From the NCBI RefSeq assembly GCF_029255185.1, contig NZ_JAPUVO010000088.1, positions 884 through 64,883 of the forward strand: 64,000 nt of DNA, in the 5' to 3' direction. Positions 1 to 7,908 of this stretch are shown piece by piece. The position numbers and the translations under genes were made by a program. How positions within the stretch are numbered: the first letter of the stretch is position 1; each line of letters opens with the position of its first letter. The notes beneath the pieces were generated by a model, which was given only the letters and a program-made list of their open reading frames with translations, ran no database searches and was not told where the DNA came from. This DNA comes from Propionivibrio sp. GTDB lineage: Bacteria; Pseudomonadota; Gammaproteobacteria; Burkholderiales; Rhodocyclaceae.

Positions 1-368
1 CCAGCCGAACATTTGTCGTGGCCGACCAGGACCATCGCATCTATGGTTACTACGCCATGGCGGCGGGTGCGGTCTCCCATCAAACGGCAACAACTAGTAT
101 TCGGCGCAACATGCCGGACCCGGTGCCGGTCATGGTATTGGCCCGTCTCGCGGTCGACAGCCAAGCCCAAGGAATCAAGCTCGGCGCATCGCTATTGCAG
201 GACGCGGTCAACCGGGCGGTGGCCGTGTCGCATAACGCCGGTGTCCGAGCCCTGCTGGTGCATGCAATCAATGACCGAGCCAGGCAATTCTACGAACACT
301 ATGGTTTTCAGGTCTCGCCCGCACATCCGATGACGCTGATGCTGCGCTTGAGCAGCGTGAAAGCCTGA
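1..368 (+). CDS. GNAT acetyltransferase toxin of a TacT/AtaT/KacT-type type II toxin-antitoxin pair (5' end outside window)
   Basis: The frame is open to the window edge. The translation (SRTFVVADQ..RRNMPDPVPVMVLARLAVD..GVRALLVHAINDRARQFYEHYGF) reproduces the hallmark blocks of aminoacyl-tRNA-acetylating GNAT toxins: RTFVV, RRNMPDPxPVxxLARLAVD, GVRAxxVHA, FYxHxGF. Confidence 0.8.
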   Translation, partial: SRTFVVADQDHRIYGYYAMAAGAVSHQTATTSIRRNMPDPVPVMVLARLAVDSQAQGIKLGASLLQDAVNRAVAVSHNAGVRALLVHAINDRARQFYEHYGFQVSPAHPMTLMLRLSSVKA

Positions 369-571
369 TGTCACCCCGCAATCTCTGACCAGGGATCCAG
401 ATCGTCTGCTACTTGCATCGGCAGCGTGATGCGCGAGCGAGACGCCGGGGTAAATCCCATCTCGGTCGCGAAAAACCGTGGTCCCCCATTACGCGGCCTT
501 GTATAAGATTCATGCAATTGCCCTGTTGCACTGTCCATCCCGCCATTGACACTATCCGGTAAAATCCGCTG

Positions 572-1630
572 ATGCTCTACTCACTGATCCGAAAAATCTT
601 CTTCTCGCTCGACCCCGAAATTGCCCATGGCCTTGGGATGACTGGTGTCGATTTCCTCAACCGGGCCGGAATCGCCTGCCTGCTGGCCAAGCCGCTGCCG
701 CCCGACCCGGTCACGGTGATGGGCGTGCACTTTCCCAATCCGGTCGGCCTGGCGGCCGGGCTGGATAAGAATGGCGAACACGTCGATGCGCTGGCCTCTC
801 TCGGCTTCGGCTTTATCGAGATCGGCACCGTCACTCCGCGCCCACAACCGGGCAACCCCAGGCCACGCATGTTCCGCATCCCGGAAAAGCAGGCCATCAT
901 CAATCGCATGGGCTTTAACAACCGTGGCGTCGACTTGTTGCTTGCCAACATCGCCAATGCGCAATTCGCCCGCCGCGGCGGCATCCTCGGCATCAATATC
1001 GGCAAGAACTTCGACACCCCGATCGAGAAGGCGGCTGACGACTACCTGATCTGTCTGGAGCGGGTTTATAACGCAGCAAGTTATGTCACTGTCAACATTT
1101 CCAGCCCGAACACCAAGAATCTTCGCGAACTGCAAAAGGATGACGCCCTGGATGCACTGCTCGGCAGCCTGAAGGCCGAACAGACGCGACTTGCTGAAAA
1201 ATACGGTCGCTACGTGCCGCTGGCGCTGAAAATTGCTCCGGATCTGGAAGACACGCAGATCCAGTCGATTGCCGATCTGCTGCGCCAGCATCGAATGGAC
1301 GGCGTCATCGCGACTAACACGACCCTCGCGCGCGAGGGTGTCGAGGGCTTGCCGCACGCTGACGAAAGCGGCGGCCTCTCGGGCGCCCCTATGTTCGCAA
1401 GATCGACGATGGTGTTGAAAAAACTCGCCGGCGCGCTGGCTGGTGAGGTGCCGATCATCGGCGTCGGCGGCATCCTGAGCGGCGCCGATGCGCTGGCCAA
1501 GATCGAAGCTGGCGCCAGTCTGGTGCAGATCTATTCAGGCTTCATTTATCGCGGCCCCGAGCTGATCGCTGAGGCGGTCACTGCCATCGCCAAGTCGAAC
1601 AAAGCGCGCCATTCACCGGCAAAGACATAG
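572..1630 (+). CDS. pyrD: dihydroorotate dehydrogenase (quinone), class 2
   Basis: 352-aa ORF with [29 protein letters not shown] and NISSPNT motifs and a class-2 N-terminal membrane-association segment. Confidence 0.95.
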   Translation: MLYSLIRKIFFSLDPEIAHGLGMTGVDFLNRAGIACLLAKPLPPDPVTVMGVHFPNPVGLAAGLDKNGEHVDALASLGFGFIEIGTVTPRPQPGNPRPRMFRIPEKQAIINRMGFNNRGVDLLLANIANAQFARRGGILGINIGKNFDTPIEKAADDYLICLERVYNAASYVTVNISSPNTKNLRELQKDDALDALLGSLKAEQTRLAEKYGRYVPLALKIAPDLEDTQIQSIADLLRQHRMDGVIATNTTLAREGVEGLPHADESGGLSGAPMFARSTMVLKKLAGALAGEVPIIGVGGILSGADALAKIEAGASLVQIYSGFIYRGPELIAEAVTAIAKSNKARHSPAKT

Positions 1631-1721
1631 CGCTACTGCCAACAAGGTTGAATGGTCCCCGCCAAAAGGGGATAATTCCAGCGTTTTTCCGCCCTTGCCG
1701 ACTTTTCCTGCCTGGCCACCC

Positions 1722-2306
1722 ATGACCCATTATCTGTTCATCATCGTCGGCGCTGTCCTTGTCAACAACGTTGTTCTGGTGAGAATCCTCGGCCTGTGCC
1801 CCTTCATGGGTGTTTCTAAGAAAGTGGAAACGGCCTTTGGCATGGGTTCGGCGACCACTTTCGTGCTTACCGTGGCCACTGGCGCCAGCTATGTCATCGA
1901 CCATTTCCTGCTCATGCCCTTCGGGCTTGAATACCTGCGCACCCTGTCGTTCATCGTAACCATTGCCGCCATCGTCCAGTTGACCGAGATGGTGATCCAG
2001 AAAACGAGCCCGGTGCTGCATCAGGTGCTGGGCATCTACCTGCCGCTGATCACCACCAACTGCGCAGTTCTCGGCGTACCGTTGCTCAACGTCGCGCACA
2101 AATACAATTTTGTCGAATCCCTGCTCTTTGGCGCCGGCAGCGCCATTGGCTTTTCGCTGGTGCTGGTGCTCTTTGCCGGAATTCGCGAACGCGTTGAAGG
2201 CGCTGACGTCCCCGTTCATTTCCGAGGTGTAGCTATCTCCATGGTGACGGCTGGCTTGATGAGTCTGGCCTTCATGGGCTTCGCGGGCCTGGACAAATAC
2301 CAGTAA
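1722..2306 (+). CDS. rnfA: Rnf/Rsx electron transport complex subunit A
   Basis: Track ORF 1695..2306 trimmed to ATG 1722 ([19 protein letters not shown]). Polytopic membrane protein with the LGLCPF signature. First gene of an rnfABCDGE-nth array. Confidence 0.9.
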   Translation: MTHYLFIIVGAVLVNNVVLVRILGLCPFMGVSKKVETAFGMGSATTFVLTVATGASYVIDHFLLMPFGLEYLRTLSFIVTIAAIVQLTEMVIQKTSPVLHQVLGIYLPLITTNCAVLGVPLLNVAHKYNFVESLLFGAGSAIGFSLVLVLFAGIRERVEGADVPVHFRGVAISMVTAGLMSLAFMGFAGLDKYQ

Positions 2307-2857
2307 TGCTCACCGCCGTCCTCATCATGGCGCTCGGAGCCGTCGTTCTCGGCGCAGCGCTGGGGTACGCCTCGATCAAGTTCAAGGTCGAAGGCAATCC
2401 GCTGGTCGAGAAGATCGAGGCCATTTTGCCGCAGACACAATGTGGTCAGTGTGGCTACCCGGGATGCAAGCCCTATGCCGAAGCCATCGCCGAAGGCGAG
2501 GCCGAGATAAATCTATGTCCGCCCGGCGGCCTCGAAGGTGTGCGCAAACTCGCCGACCTGCTCGGACGCGAAGTCAAGCCGCTCGACGTCGAGGAAAAAC
2601 CCAAGCAGATCGCGATCATCGACGAGCAGACTTGCATCGGCTGCACGCTCTGTATCCAGGCCTGCCCGGTTGATGCCATCGTCGGCGCCGCCAAGCAGAT
2701 GCACACCATCGTCGAGGCGCTGTGCACCGGTTGCGAGCTGTGCATCAAACCCTGTCCGGTGGAATGCATTCGCATGGAGACCCTGGTTGAAAACATCGAC
2801 AACTGGAAGTGGAAATATCCGGTGATCGAGATCAAACCCTTCCAGCGTATCGCCTGA
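2306..2857 (+). CDS. rnfB: Rnf/Rsx complex subunit B (ferredoxin-like)
   Basis: TAATG overlap with rnfA. N-terminal TM helix, a CGQCGYPGC cluster and two CxxCxxCxxxCP 4Fe-4S motifs. Confidence 0.92.
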   Translation: MLTAVLIMALGAVVLGAALGYASIKFKVEGNPLVEKIEAILPQTQCGQCGYPGCKPYAEAIAEGEAEINLCPPGGLEGVRKLADLLGREVKPLDVEEKPKQIAIIDEQTCIGCTLCIQACPVDAIVGAAKQMHTIVEALCTGCELCIKPCPVECIRMETLVENIDNWKWKYPVIEIKPFQRIA

Positions 2858-2883
2858 ACGTCAGCAAAAAACAGATTATTCGA

Positions 2884-4590
2884 ATGCTCCAACTCTTCCA
2901 ATTCAAAGGGGGTGTCAAGCCCGACACCAACAAGACATCTTCGGTGCAAGCGCCGATCGGTCGTGCGCCGCTGCCGCCGCTCTTGGTCGTTCCCCTGCAT
3001 CAAAGCATCGGCGGTATCCCCAACCCACTGGTTGAAGCTGGGCAACGCGTCGGCAAAGGCCAGTTGATCGGCAGCGCCGACAAGTGGCTTTCGTCGGCAG
3101 TTCATGCCCCCTCCTCCGGCACCGTACTGGCTGTCGAGGAGCGCGTCGCGGCACACCCCTCCGGCCTGCCGACACTCTCGGTGGTGATCGAAACGGATGG
3201 CCGCGACGAGTGGATTGAACGCCACCCGGTCGATTACCAAGCACTTGCCCCGGAACGCGTGCGCGAAATCCTGCGTGACTCGGGCGTCGTCGGCCTCGGT
3301 GGCGCCGTCTTCCCAAGTCATGTCAAACTTACCGCCACCAAGTCGGTGGCGATGGAAGAGCTGGTCATCAACGGCGCCGAATGTGAGCCCTTCATGACCT
3401 GCGACGACCTGTTGATGCGCGAGCGCGCCGAGGACATCGTGCGCGGTGCGGGTATCTTCCGCGACCTGCTCGAACCGAAACGGGTGCTGATCGGCATTGA
3501 GGACAATAAGCCCGAAGCCGTTGCCGCCATGCAAGCGGCGGTACAAAAGCTCGGTGAAAATTTCGCAGTCATCGCCGTGCCAACGCGTTACCCGGCAGGC
3601 GGCGCCAAGCAGTTAATCCGCGTGCTAACCGGCAAGGAAGTTCCGGCCAGCATGCGTTCGCCAGAAATGGGCGTGCAGTGCTTCAACGTAGCCACCGCCT
3701 ACACCGCCTGGCGCGCCCTCGCGCATGGCGAACCGGTGCTCTCACGCATCGTCACCTTGACTGGCAACGTCGATGAGCCGCGCAACTGGGAAGCACTGCT
3801 CGGCACACCGCTCAAGGACTTTGTCACGCTCGGCAAACCCAAGACCGATACCAGCGGCTACCTGATGGGTGGCCCGATGATGGGCTTTGAAATGCCCAGC
3901 CTGGAAGCACCGCTGGTCAAGGCCACCAACTGCATCATCGCTGCATCGCCAACATTGTTCCCGCCGGCTCCACCCGAAATGCCATGCATCCGCTGCGGTG
4001 CCTGCGCCGAGGTCTGCCCGCACGAACTGCAACCGTTCGAGATGTACTGGTTCTCGCGCGCCAAGAATTTCGGCAAGACGCAGGAATACAATATCTTCGA
4101 CTGCATCGAGTGTGGCTGTTGCAGCTATGTATGCCCATCGCATATCCCGCTGGTGCAGTACTTCCGCTTTGCCAAGAGCGAGATCTGGTCACGCGAGCGC
4201 GAAAAGGCCATGGCCGATGCCGCCAAGGCGCGCTTTGAACTGCGCAACGAACGCGACGAACGCGAGAAGACCGAAAAAGCGGCGCGCCTGGCCAAGGCAG
4301 CGGCAGCCAAGGCGGCCGAGAAAAAAGCAACGCCAGAGGCTGGCAACGAAACTGCCGCCAGCGAGGCTCCTGTCAACGCCGATGCCGCCAAGAAGGCCGC
4401 CATCGCCGCCGCCATCGAGCGCGCCCGCCAGCAACGCGAAAACGTCCAGCCAAGAAATACTGACGGACTAACAATCGCCCAGCGCAAGGAAATCGCCGAA
4501 ATCGAAGCGCGCCGGGCGCCTCTGCAAGAGCAAACCGCTCTCAACGCAGAGAGCGCAGAGGCGCAGAGTTCGCAGAGAGAAAAACAATGA
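2884..4590 (+). CDS. rnfC: Rnf/Rsx complex subunit C, with long Ala/Lys/Glu-rich C-terminal tail
   Basis: Track ORF 2809..4590 trimmed to ATG 2884 (MLQLFQFKGGVKP). Carries 4Fe-4S motifs CIRCGACAEVCP and CIECGCCSYVCP. The last ~16 codons lie in the left arm of the palindromic repeat at 4543..4636. Confidence 0.9.
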   Translation: MLQLFQFKGGVKPDTNKTSSVQAPIGRAPLPPLLVVPLHQSIGGIPNPLVEAGQRVGKGQLIGSADKWLSSAVHAPSSGTVLAVEERVAAHPSGLPTLSVVIETDGRDEWIERHPVDYQALAPERVREILRDSGVVGLGGAVFPSHVKLTATKSVAMEELVINGAECEPFMTCDDLLMRERAEDIVRGAGIFRDLLEPKRVLIGIEDNKPEAVAAMQAAVQKLGENFAVIAVPTRYPAGGAKQLIRVLTGKEVPASMRSPEMGVQCFNVATAYTAWRALAHGEPVLSRIVTLTGNVDEPRNWEALLGTPLKDFVTLGKPKTDTSGYLMGGPMMGFEMPSLEAPLVKATNCIIAASPTLFPPAPPEMPCIRCGACAEVCPHELQPFEMYWFSRAKNFGKTQEYNIFDCIECGCCSYVCPSHIPLVQYFRFAKSEIWSREREKAMADAAKARFELRNERDEREKTEKAARLAKAAAAKAAEKKATPEAGNETAASEAPVNADAAKKAAIAAAIERARQQRENVQPRNTDGLTIAQRKEIAEIEARRAPLQEQTALNAESAEAQSSQREKQ

Positions 4591-4636
4591 ATTTTTCTGT
4601 TCTCTGCGTTCTCTGCGCCTCTGCGCTCTCTGCGTT
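4543..4636. repeat. long imperfect palindrome built from tandem CTCTGCG-containing nonamers (REP-like element, copy 1)
   Basis: 4543-4568 (aacgcagagagcgcagaggcgcagag) is the exact reverse complement of 4611-4636 (ctctgcgcctctgcgctctctgcgtt). The inner arms pair further with one bulge. The loop caatgaa contains the rnfC stop codon TGA (4588-4590). The right arm is TTCTCTGCG TTCTCTGCG CCTCTGCG CTCTCTGCG. Confidence 0.9.
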
Positions 4637-4653
4637 TAAAGAGGTTTAAAAAC

Positions 4654-5673
4654 ATGGTCTTCACTACCCCTCCCTATCTCTCGCAGAACGTCAGCGTTCA
4701 GCGTGTCATGCTGCAGGTGTTGGCTGCGCTGCTGCCGGGTATCGCTGTTTACGTCTGGCTGCTCGGCCCGGCTGTACTGTTGCAGATCGGTATCGCCACC
4801 ACTGCTGCGCTGTTCGCTGAAGCGTTTATGCTCAAGCTGCTAAGCAAGCCGCTCGGCCTCTTTCTCGGCGATGGCAGCGCCATTGTCACCGCTTGGCTGA
4901 TTGCCCTGGCCTTCCCGCCACTCGCTCCCTGGTGGCTGATCGTCGTCGGCGCACTGTTCGCCATCATCGTCGCCAAACACCTGTACGGCGGTCTTGGTCA
5001 GAACCCGTTCAATCCGGCGATGATCGCCTTTGCCGTGTGCATCGTTTCCTTCCCCGCACTGATGTCGCAGTGGCCGCCGGTCGATCTGAACACCGGCTTT
5101 GCCGAACAACTGGCCCTTGTTTTCGGCAGCTCCCCCCGCCTTGACGCAATGAGCGGCGCGACGCCGCTTGACGCGCTGAAAACCGCGCTCAAACTCGGCG
5201 AAGGCAGCGCCTCGGTAGCTTCGGTTGTGGCCGATGCCAGCACCTTTGGCTATTTTGCCGGCAAGGGCTGGGAATGGGTCGCTACCGCCTATCTGCTCGG
5301 CGGCCTGTGGCTCTGGCAACGCAAGATCATCAGCTGGCACGCCCCGCTCGGCTTTATCACTGGCATCGCGCTGCTCGCTGGCGCGCTCTGGCTGTGGAAC
5401 CCCGGCCAGTTTGCCAACCCACTCTTCCATCTTTTTTCAGGAGGGGCCATGCTCGGCGCCTTCTTCATCGTCACCGACCCGGTTTCCGGCTGCACGACGC
5501 CCAGGGGCAAGCTGATCTTTGGCTTTTCGGCAGGCGCTCTGGCCTATGTCATTCGCGTTTTCGGCGGCTATCCGGATGGTGTGGCTTTTGCCGTATTACT
5601 GCTCAATATCTGCGTACCACTGATCGACCTGTACACCCAGCCACCCATTTTTGGCATGAAGAGCAAGCAATGA
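4654..5673 (+). CDS. rnfD: Rnf/Rsx complex subunit D
   Basis: 339-aa polytopic membrane protein with an SGATPLD FMN-attachment-type motif. AAGAGG Shine-Dalgarno 9 nt upstream. Confidence 0.92.
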   Translation: MVFTTPPYLSQNVSVQRVMLQVLAALLPGIAVYVWLLGPAVLLQIGIATTAALFAEAFMLKLLSKPLGLFLGDGSAIVTAWLIALAFPPLAPWWLIVVGALFAIIVAKHLYGGLGQNPFNPAMIAFAVCIVSFPALMSQWPPVDLNTGFAEQLALVFGSSPRLDAMSGATPLDALKTALKLGEGSASVASVVADASTFGYFAGKGWEWVATAYLLGGLWLWQRKIISWHAPLGFITGIALLAGALWLWNPGQFANPLFHLFSGGAMLGAFFIVTDPVSGCTTPRGKLIFGFSAGALAYVIRVFGGYPDGVAFAVLLLNICVPLIDLYTQPPIFGMKSKQ

Positions 5674-6332
5674 CGAAACTTGCAAAATCGCCAAGCGCAA
5701 TGAAAATGGCCGCGCGCACGGCGATCATCCTGTTCCTCTTCGTCGTCATTTTTACCGGACTGCTCTCGGGCGCCTACCTATGGACCCTGCCGACCATCGA
5801 GGCCGCCGCAGCCGAAGAGAAAATGAAACTGATCAACGAGGTTCTACCGCGCAGCAGTTATGACAATGACCTGCTCAAGGACACCCTGCCGCTGATGCCG
5901 ACCGCTGCGCTCGGCCAGGATGACGCCTCGACGGTCTATCGCGCACGCCGGAATGGCCAGGCCAGTGCGCTGGTTTTCGAAGCCATCGCCCCCGATGGCT
6001 ATGCCGGAAAGATTTACTTGCTCATCGCCCTCGGCGCCGACGGCACGCTGATCGGTGTGCGCGTGACACAGCATAAGGAAACGCCGGGACTGGGCGATTA
6101 CATCGAGCCTAAAAAAGACAAGAACAAGGAACGTCCGTGGATCACCCAGTTCGACGGGCTGGTACCGGTCGCGATCGACGTGCGCGAATGGAAAGTAAAA
6201 AAAGACGGTGGCCGCTTCGACTCAGTAGCCGGCGCCACGGTCACCCCGCGCGCCGTAATCAAGGCAGTGCGCAAAGCAGCCCTGTACGTCGCCGAGAACC
6301 ACGAACAACTTTTCGCGACGGAGAAACGATGA
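5670..6332 (+). CDS. rnfG: Rnf/Rsx complex subunit G
   Basis: Track ORF 5274..6332 trimmed to the ATG in an ATGA overlap with the rnfD stop (MTKLAKSPSAMKMAARTAIILFLFVV). One TM helix plus an FMN-binding domain (DSVAGATVTPRAV). Confidence 0.88.
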   Translation: MTKLAKSPSAMKMAARTAIILFLFVVIFTGLLSGAYLWTLPTIEAAAAEEKMKLINEVLPRSSYDNDLLKDTLPLMPTAALGQDDASTVYRARRNGQASALVFEAIAPDGYAGKIYLLIALGADGTLIGVRVTQHKETPGLGDYIEPKKDKNKERPWITQFDGLVPVAIDVREWKVKKDGGRFDSVAGATVTPRAVIKAVRKAALYVAENHEQLFATEKR

Positions 6333-6349
6333 TAAGTAAACCACATTTG

Positions 6350-6431
6350 ACGCAGAGAAAAACTCCGAGAGCGCGAAGGATGAATATCGAATTTCTCTCT
6401 GCGCCCTCTGCGGCTCTGCGATCTCTGCGTT
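6350..6431. repeat. degenerate second copy of the CTCTGCG-nonamer palindromic element
   Basis: The right arm (tctctctgcg ccctctgcg gctctgcg atctctgcg tt) has four CTCTGCG units as in copy 1. It shares the central atgaat core and the 3' flank aaagaggt. The left arm is eroded (acgcagaga...cgagagcgcg). Fully intergenic between rnfG and rnfE. Confidence 0.75.
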
Positions 6432-6470
6432 GAAAGAGGTCAACAGTTTTTCGGGAAGATAGGACCTGCC

Positions 6471-7160
6471 ATGATGACCCATGATGAATTCCGCCAGATC
6501 GCCGCCAACGGTGTCTGGAAACAGAACACCAGCATTGTCCAGATTCTCGGCCTGTGCCCGCTGCTGGCGGTCACTACCAATCTGGTCAATGGCGCCATGC
6601 TTTCGCTGGCCACCATCCTGGTCATGGCCATTTCCGGTGCCGCCGTTGCCAGCCTGCGCTACCTGATCCCACACGAAATCCGCATCCCGGTCTTCATTCT
6701 GATCGTCGCCGCGCTGGTCACCGTGGTCGACTTGCTGTTCAATGCCAACCTACATGAGTTGTACCTCGTGCTCGGCATCTTCATCCCGCTGATCGTCACC
6801 AACTGCATCGTGCTGGCGCGCGTCGAGGCCTATGCCAACAAAAACCCACCGCTGCAGTCGATGTTCGACGGCATTTTCATGGGCCTTGGCATGCTGTGGA
6901 CACTGTCGCTGCTCGGCGGCCTGCGAGAACTGATCGGTGGCGGCACCCTGCTCTCTGGAATCGACATGGTCTTCCCCGGACTTCACGCCCTGCAACTGTT
7001 GCCGAAAGACTATCCTGGCCTGCTGCTGGCCATGTTGCCACCCGGCGCTTTCATCCTGCTCGGCTGCATGATCGCCTGGAAAAACTGGATCGAGGCGCGC
7101 GCTACGGCGCGTCAGCAACGACCTTCGCCGCAACCGGCGTCGGTGGCCGGCTGCCACTGA
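6471..7160 (+). CDS. rnfE: Rnf/Rsx complex subunit E
   Basis: 229-aa polytopic protein paralogous to RnfA (ILGLCPLLAV, TNCIVL). Confidence 0.92.
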   Translation: MMTHDEFRQIAANGVWKQNTSIVQILGLCPLLAVTTNLVNGAMLSLATILVMAISGAAVASLRYLIPHEIRIPVFILIVAALVTVVDLLFNANLHELYLVLGIFIPLIVTNCIVLARVEAYANKNPPLQSMFDGIFMGLGMLWTLSLLGGLRELIGGGTLLSGIDMVFPGLHALQLLPKDYPGLLLAMLPPGAFILLGCMIAWKNWIEARATARQQRPSPQPASVAGCH

Positions 7161-7165
7161 GCGCC

Positions 7166-7804
7166 ATGAACGTCGCGCGTCGCGCCGAAATCTTCAAGCG
7201 TTTACGCGCGGCCAATCCGGCACCGACGACCGAACTTGAGTACGCAACGACCTTCCAGCTACTAATCGCCGTCATTCTCTCGGCGCAAGCCACCGACAAG
7301 AGTGTCAACCTCGCAACGCGCAAGCTCTTTGCCGATGCGCCAACAGCGCAGGCCATGCTCGCGCTCGGCGAAGACGCTCTGGCCGACTACATCAAGCGCA
7401 TCGGCCTCTACCCGACCAAGGCGAAAAACATCATCGCCACCTGCCGCCAGCTCATCGACGGTTATGACGGCGAAGTGCCGCGCCAGCGCGATGCCCTCGA
7501 AGCACTACCCGGCGTCGGTCGAAAAACCGCCAATGTGGTGCTCAACACCGCCTTCGGCGAGGCGACCATCGCCGTCGATACACACATTTTCCGCATCGCC
7601 AACCGTACCAGACTCGCCCCGGGCAAGACACCGCTCGCCGTCGAGCTCAAGCTGCTCAAAGCGGTCCCGGATGAATACAAGCGGGATGCCCACCACTGGT
7701 TGATCCTGCACGGGCGCTACGTCTGTAAGGCGCGTAAGCCGGAATGCTGGCGTTGCGACATCGCTGATCTGTGCGAATACAAGGAGAAGGAATGGCTTAC
7801 CTAG
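7166..7804 (+). CDS. nth: endonuclease III (DNA-(apurinic/apyrimidinic site) lyase)
   Basis: Track ORF 6896..7804 trimmed to ATG 7166 (MNVARRAEIFKRL). HhH-GPD core and a C-terminal Cx6Cx2Cx5C cluster (CKARKPECWRCDIADLC). Conserved position after the rnf genes. Confidence 0.93.
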   Translation: MNVARRAEIFKRLRAANPAPTTELEYATTFQLLIAVILSAQATDKSVNLATRKLFADAPTAQAMLALGEDALADYIKRIGLYPTKAKNIIATCRQLIDGYDGEVPRQRDALEALPGVGRKTANVVLNTAFGEATIAVDTHIFRIANRTRLAPGKTPLAVELKLLKAVPDEYKRDAHHWLILHGRYVCKARKPECWRCDIADLCEYKEKEWLT

Positions 7805-7908
7805 CCAAATATTGCATTAATTTTCGACCGCCTGATTTCATCGCCCATTGGCACTGGGGCCTGGAAGTACGCGTGCTATAGTGCCCCCTTTGTATCAGGG
7901 TTCGTACC

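Noticed and set aside
547-564. TTGACA and TAAAAT hexamers just upstream of pyrD
   Set aside because: Only 8 nt separate the two hexamers, which is incompatible with a functional -35/-10 pair.
2473-3546. 357-aa ORF on the minus strand
   Set aside because: It is entirely antisense to rnfB/rnfC, whose products carry unmistakable ferredoxin and Rnf motifs. Its composition (Arg/Ala/Gly-rich) is typical of antisense frames in high-GC genes.
5274-5669. 132-codon N-terminal extension of the rnfG ORF in the track
   Set aside because: The extension overlaps rnfD in another frame. The ATG at 5670 gives the expected ~220-aa RnfG with an N-terminal TM helix and an ATGA start/stop overlap.
4543-6431. CTCTGCG repeat clusters as a possible CRISPR array
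   Set aside because: The units are 8-9 nt, directly tandem with no spacers, arranged as inverted arms and present at only two sites. No cas genes are present. The structure is that of a REP-like palindrome, not CRISPR.
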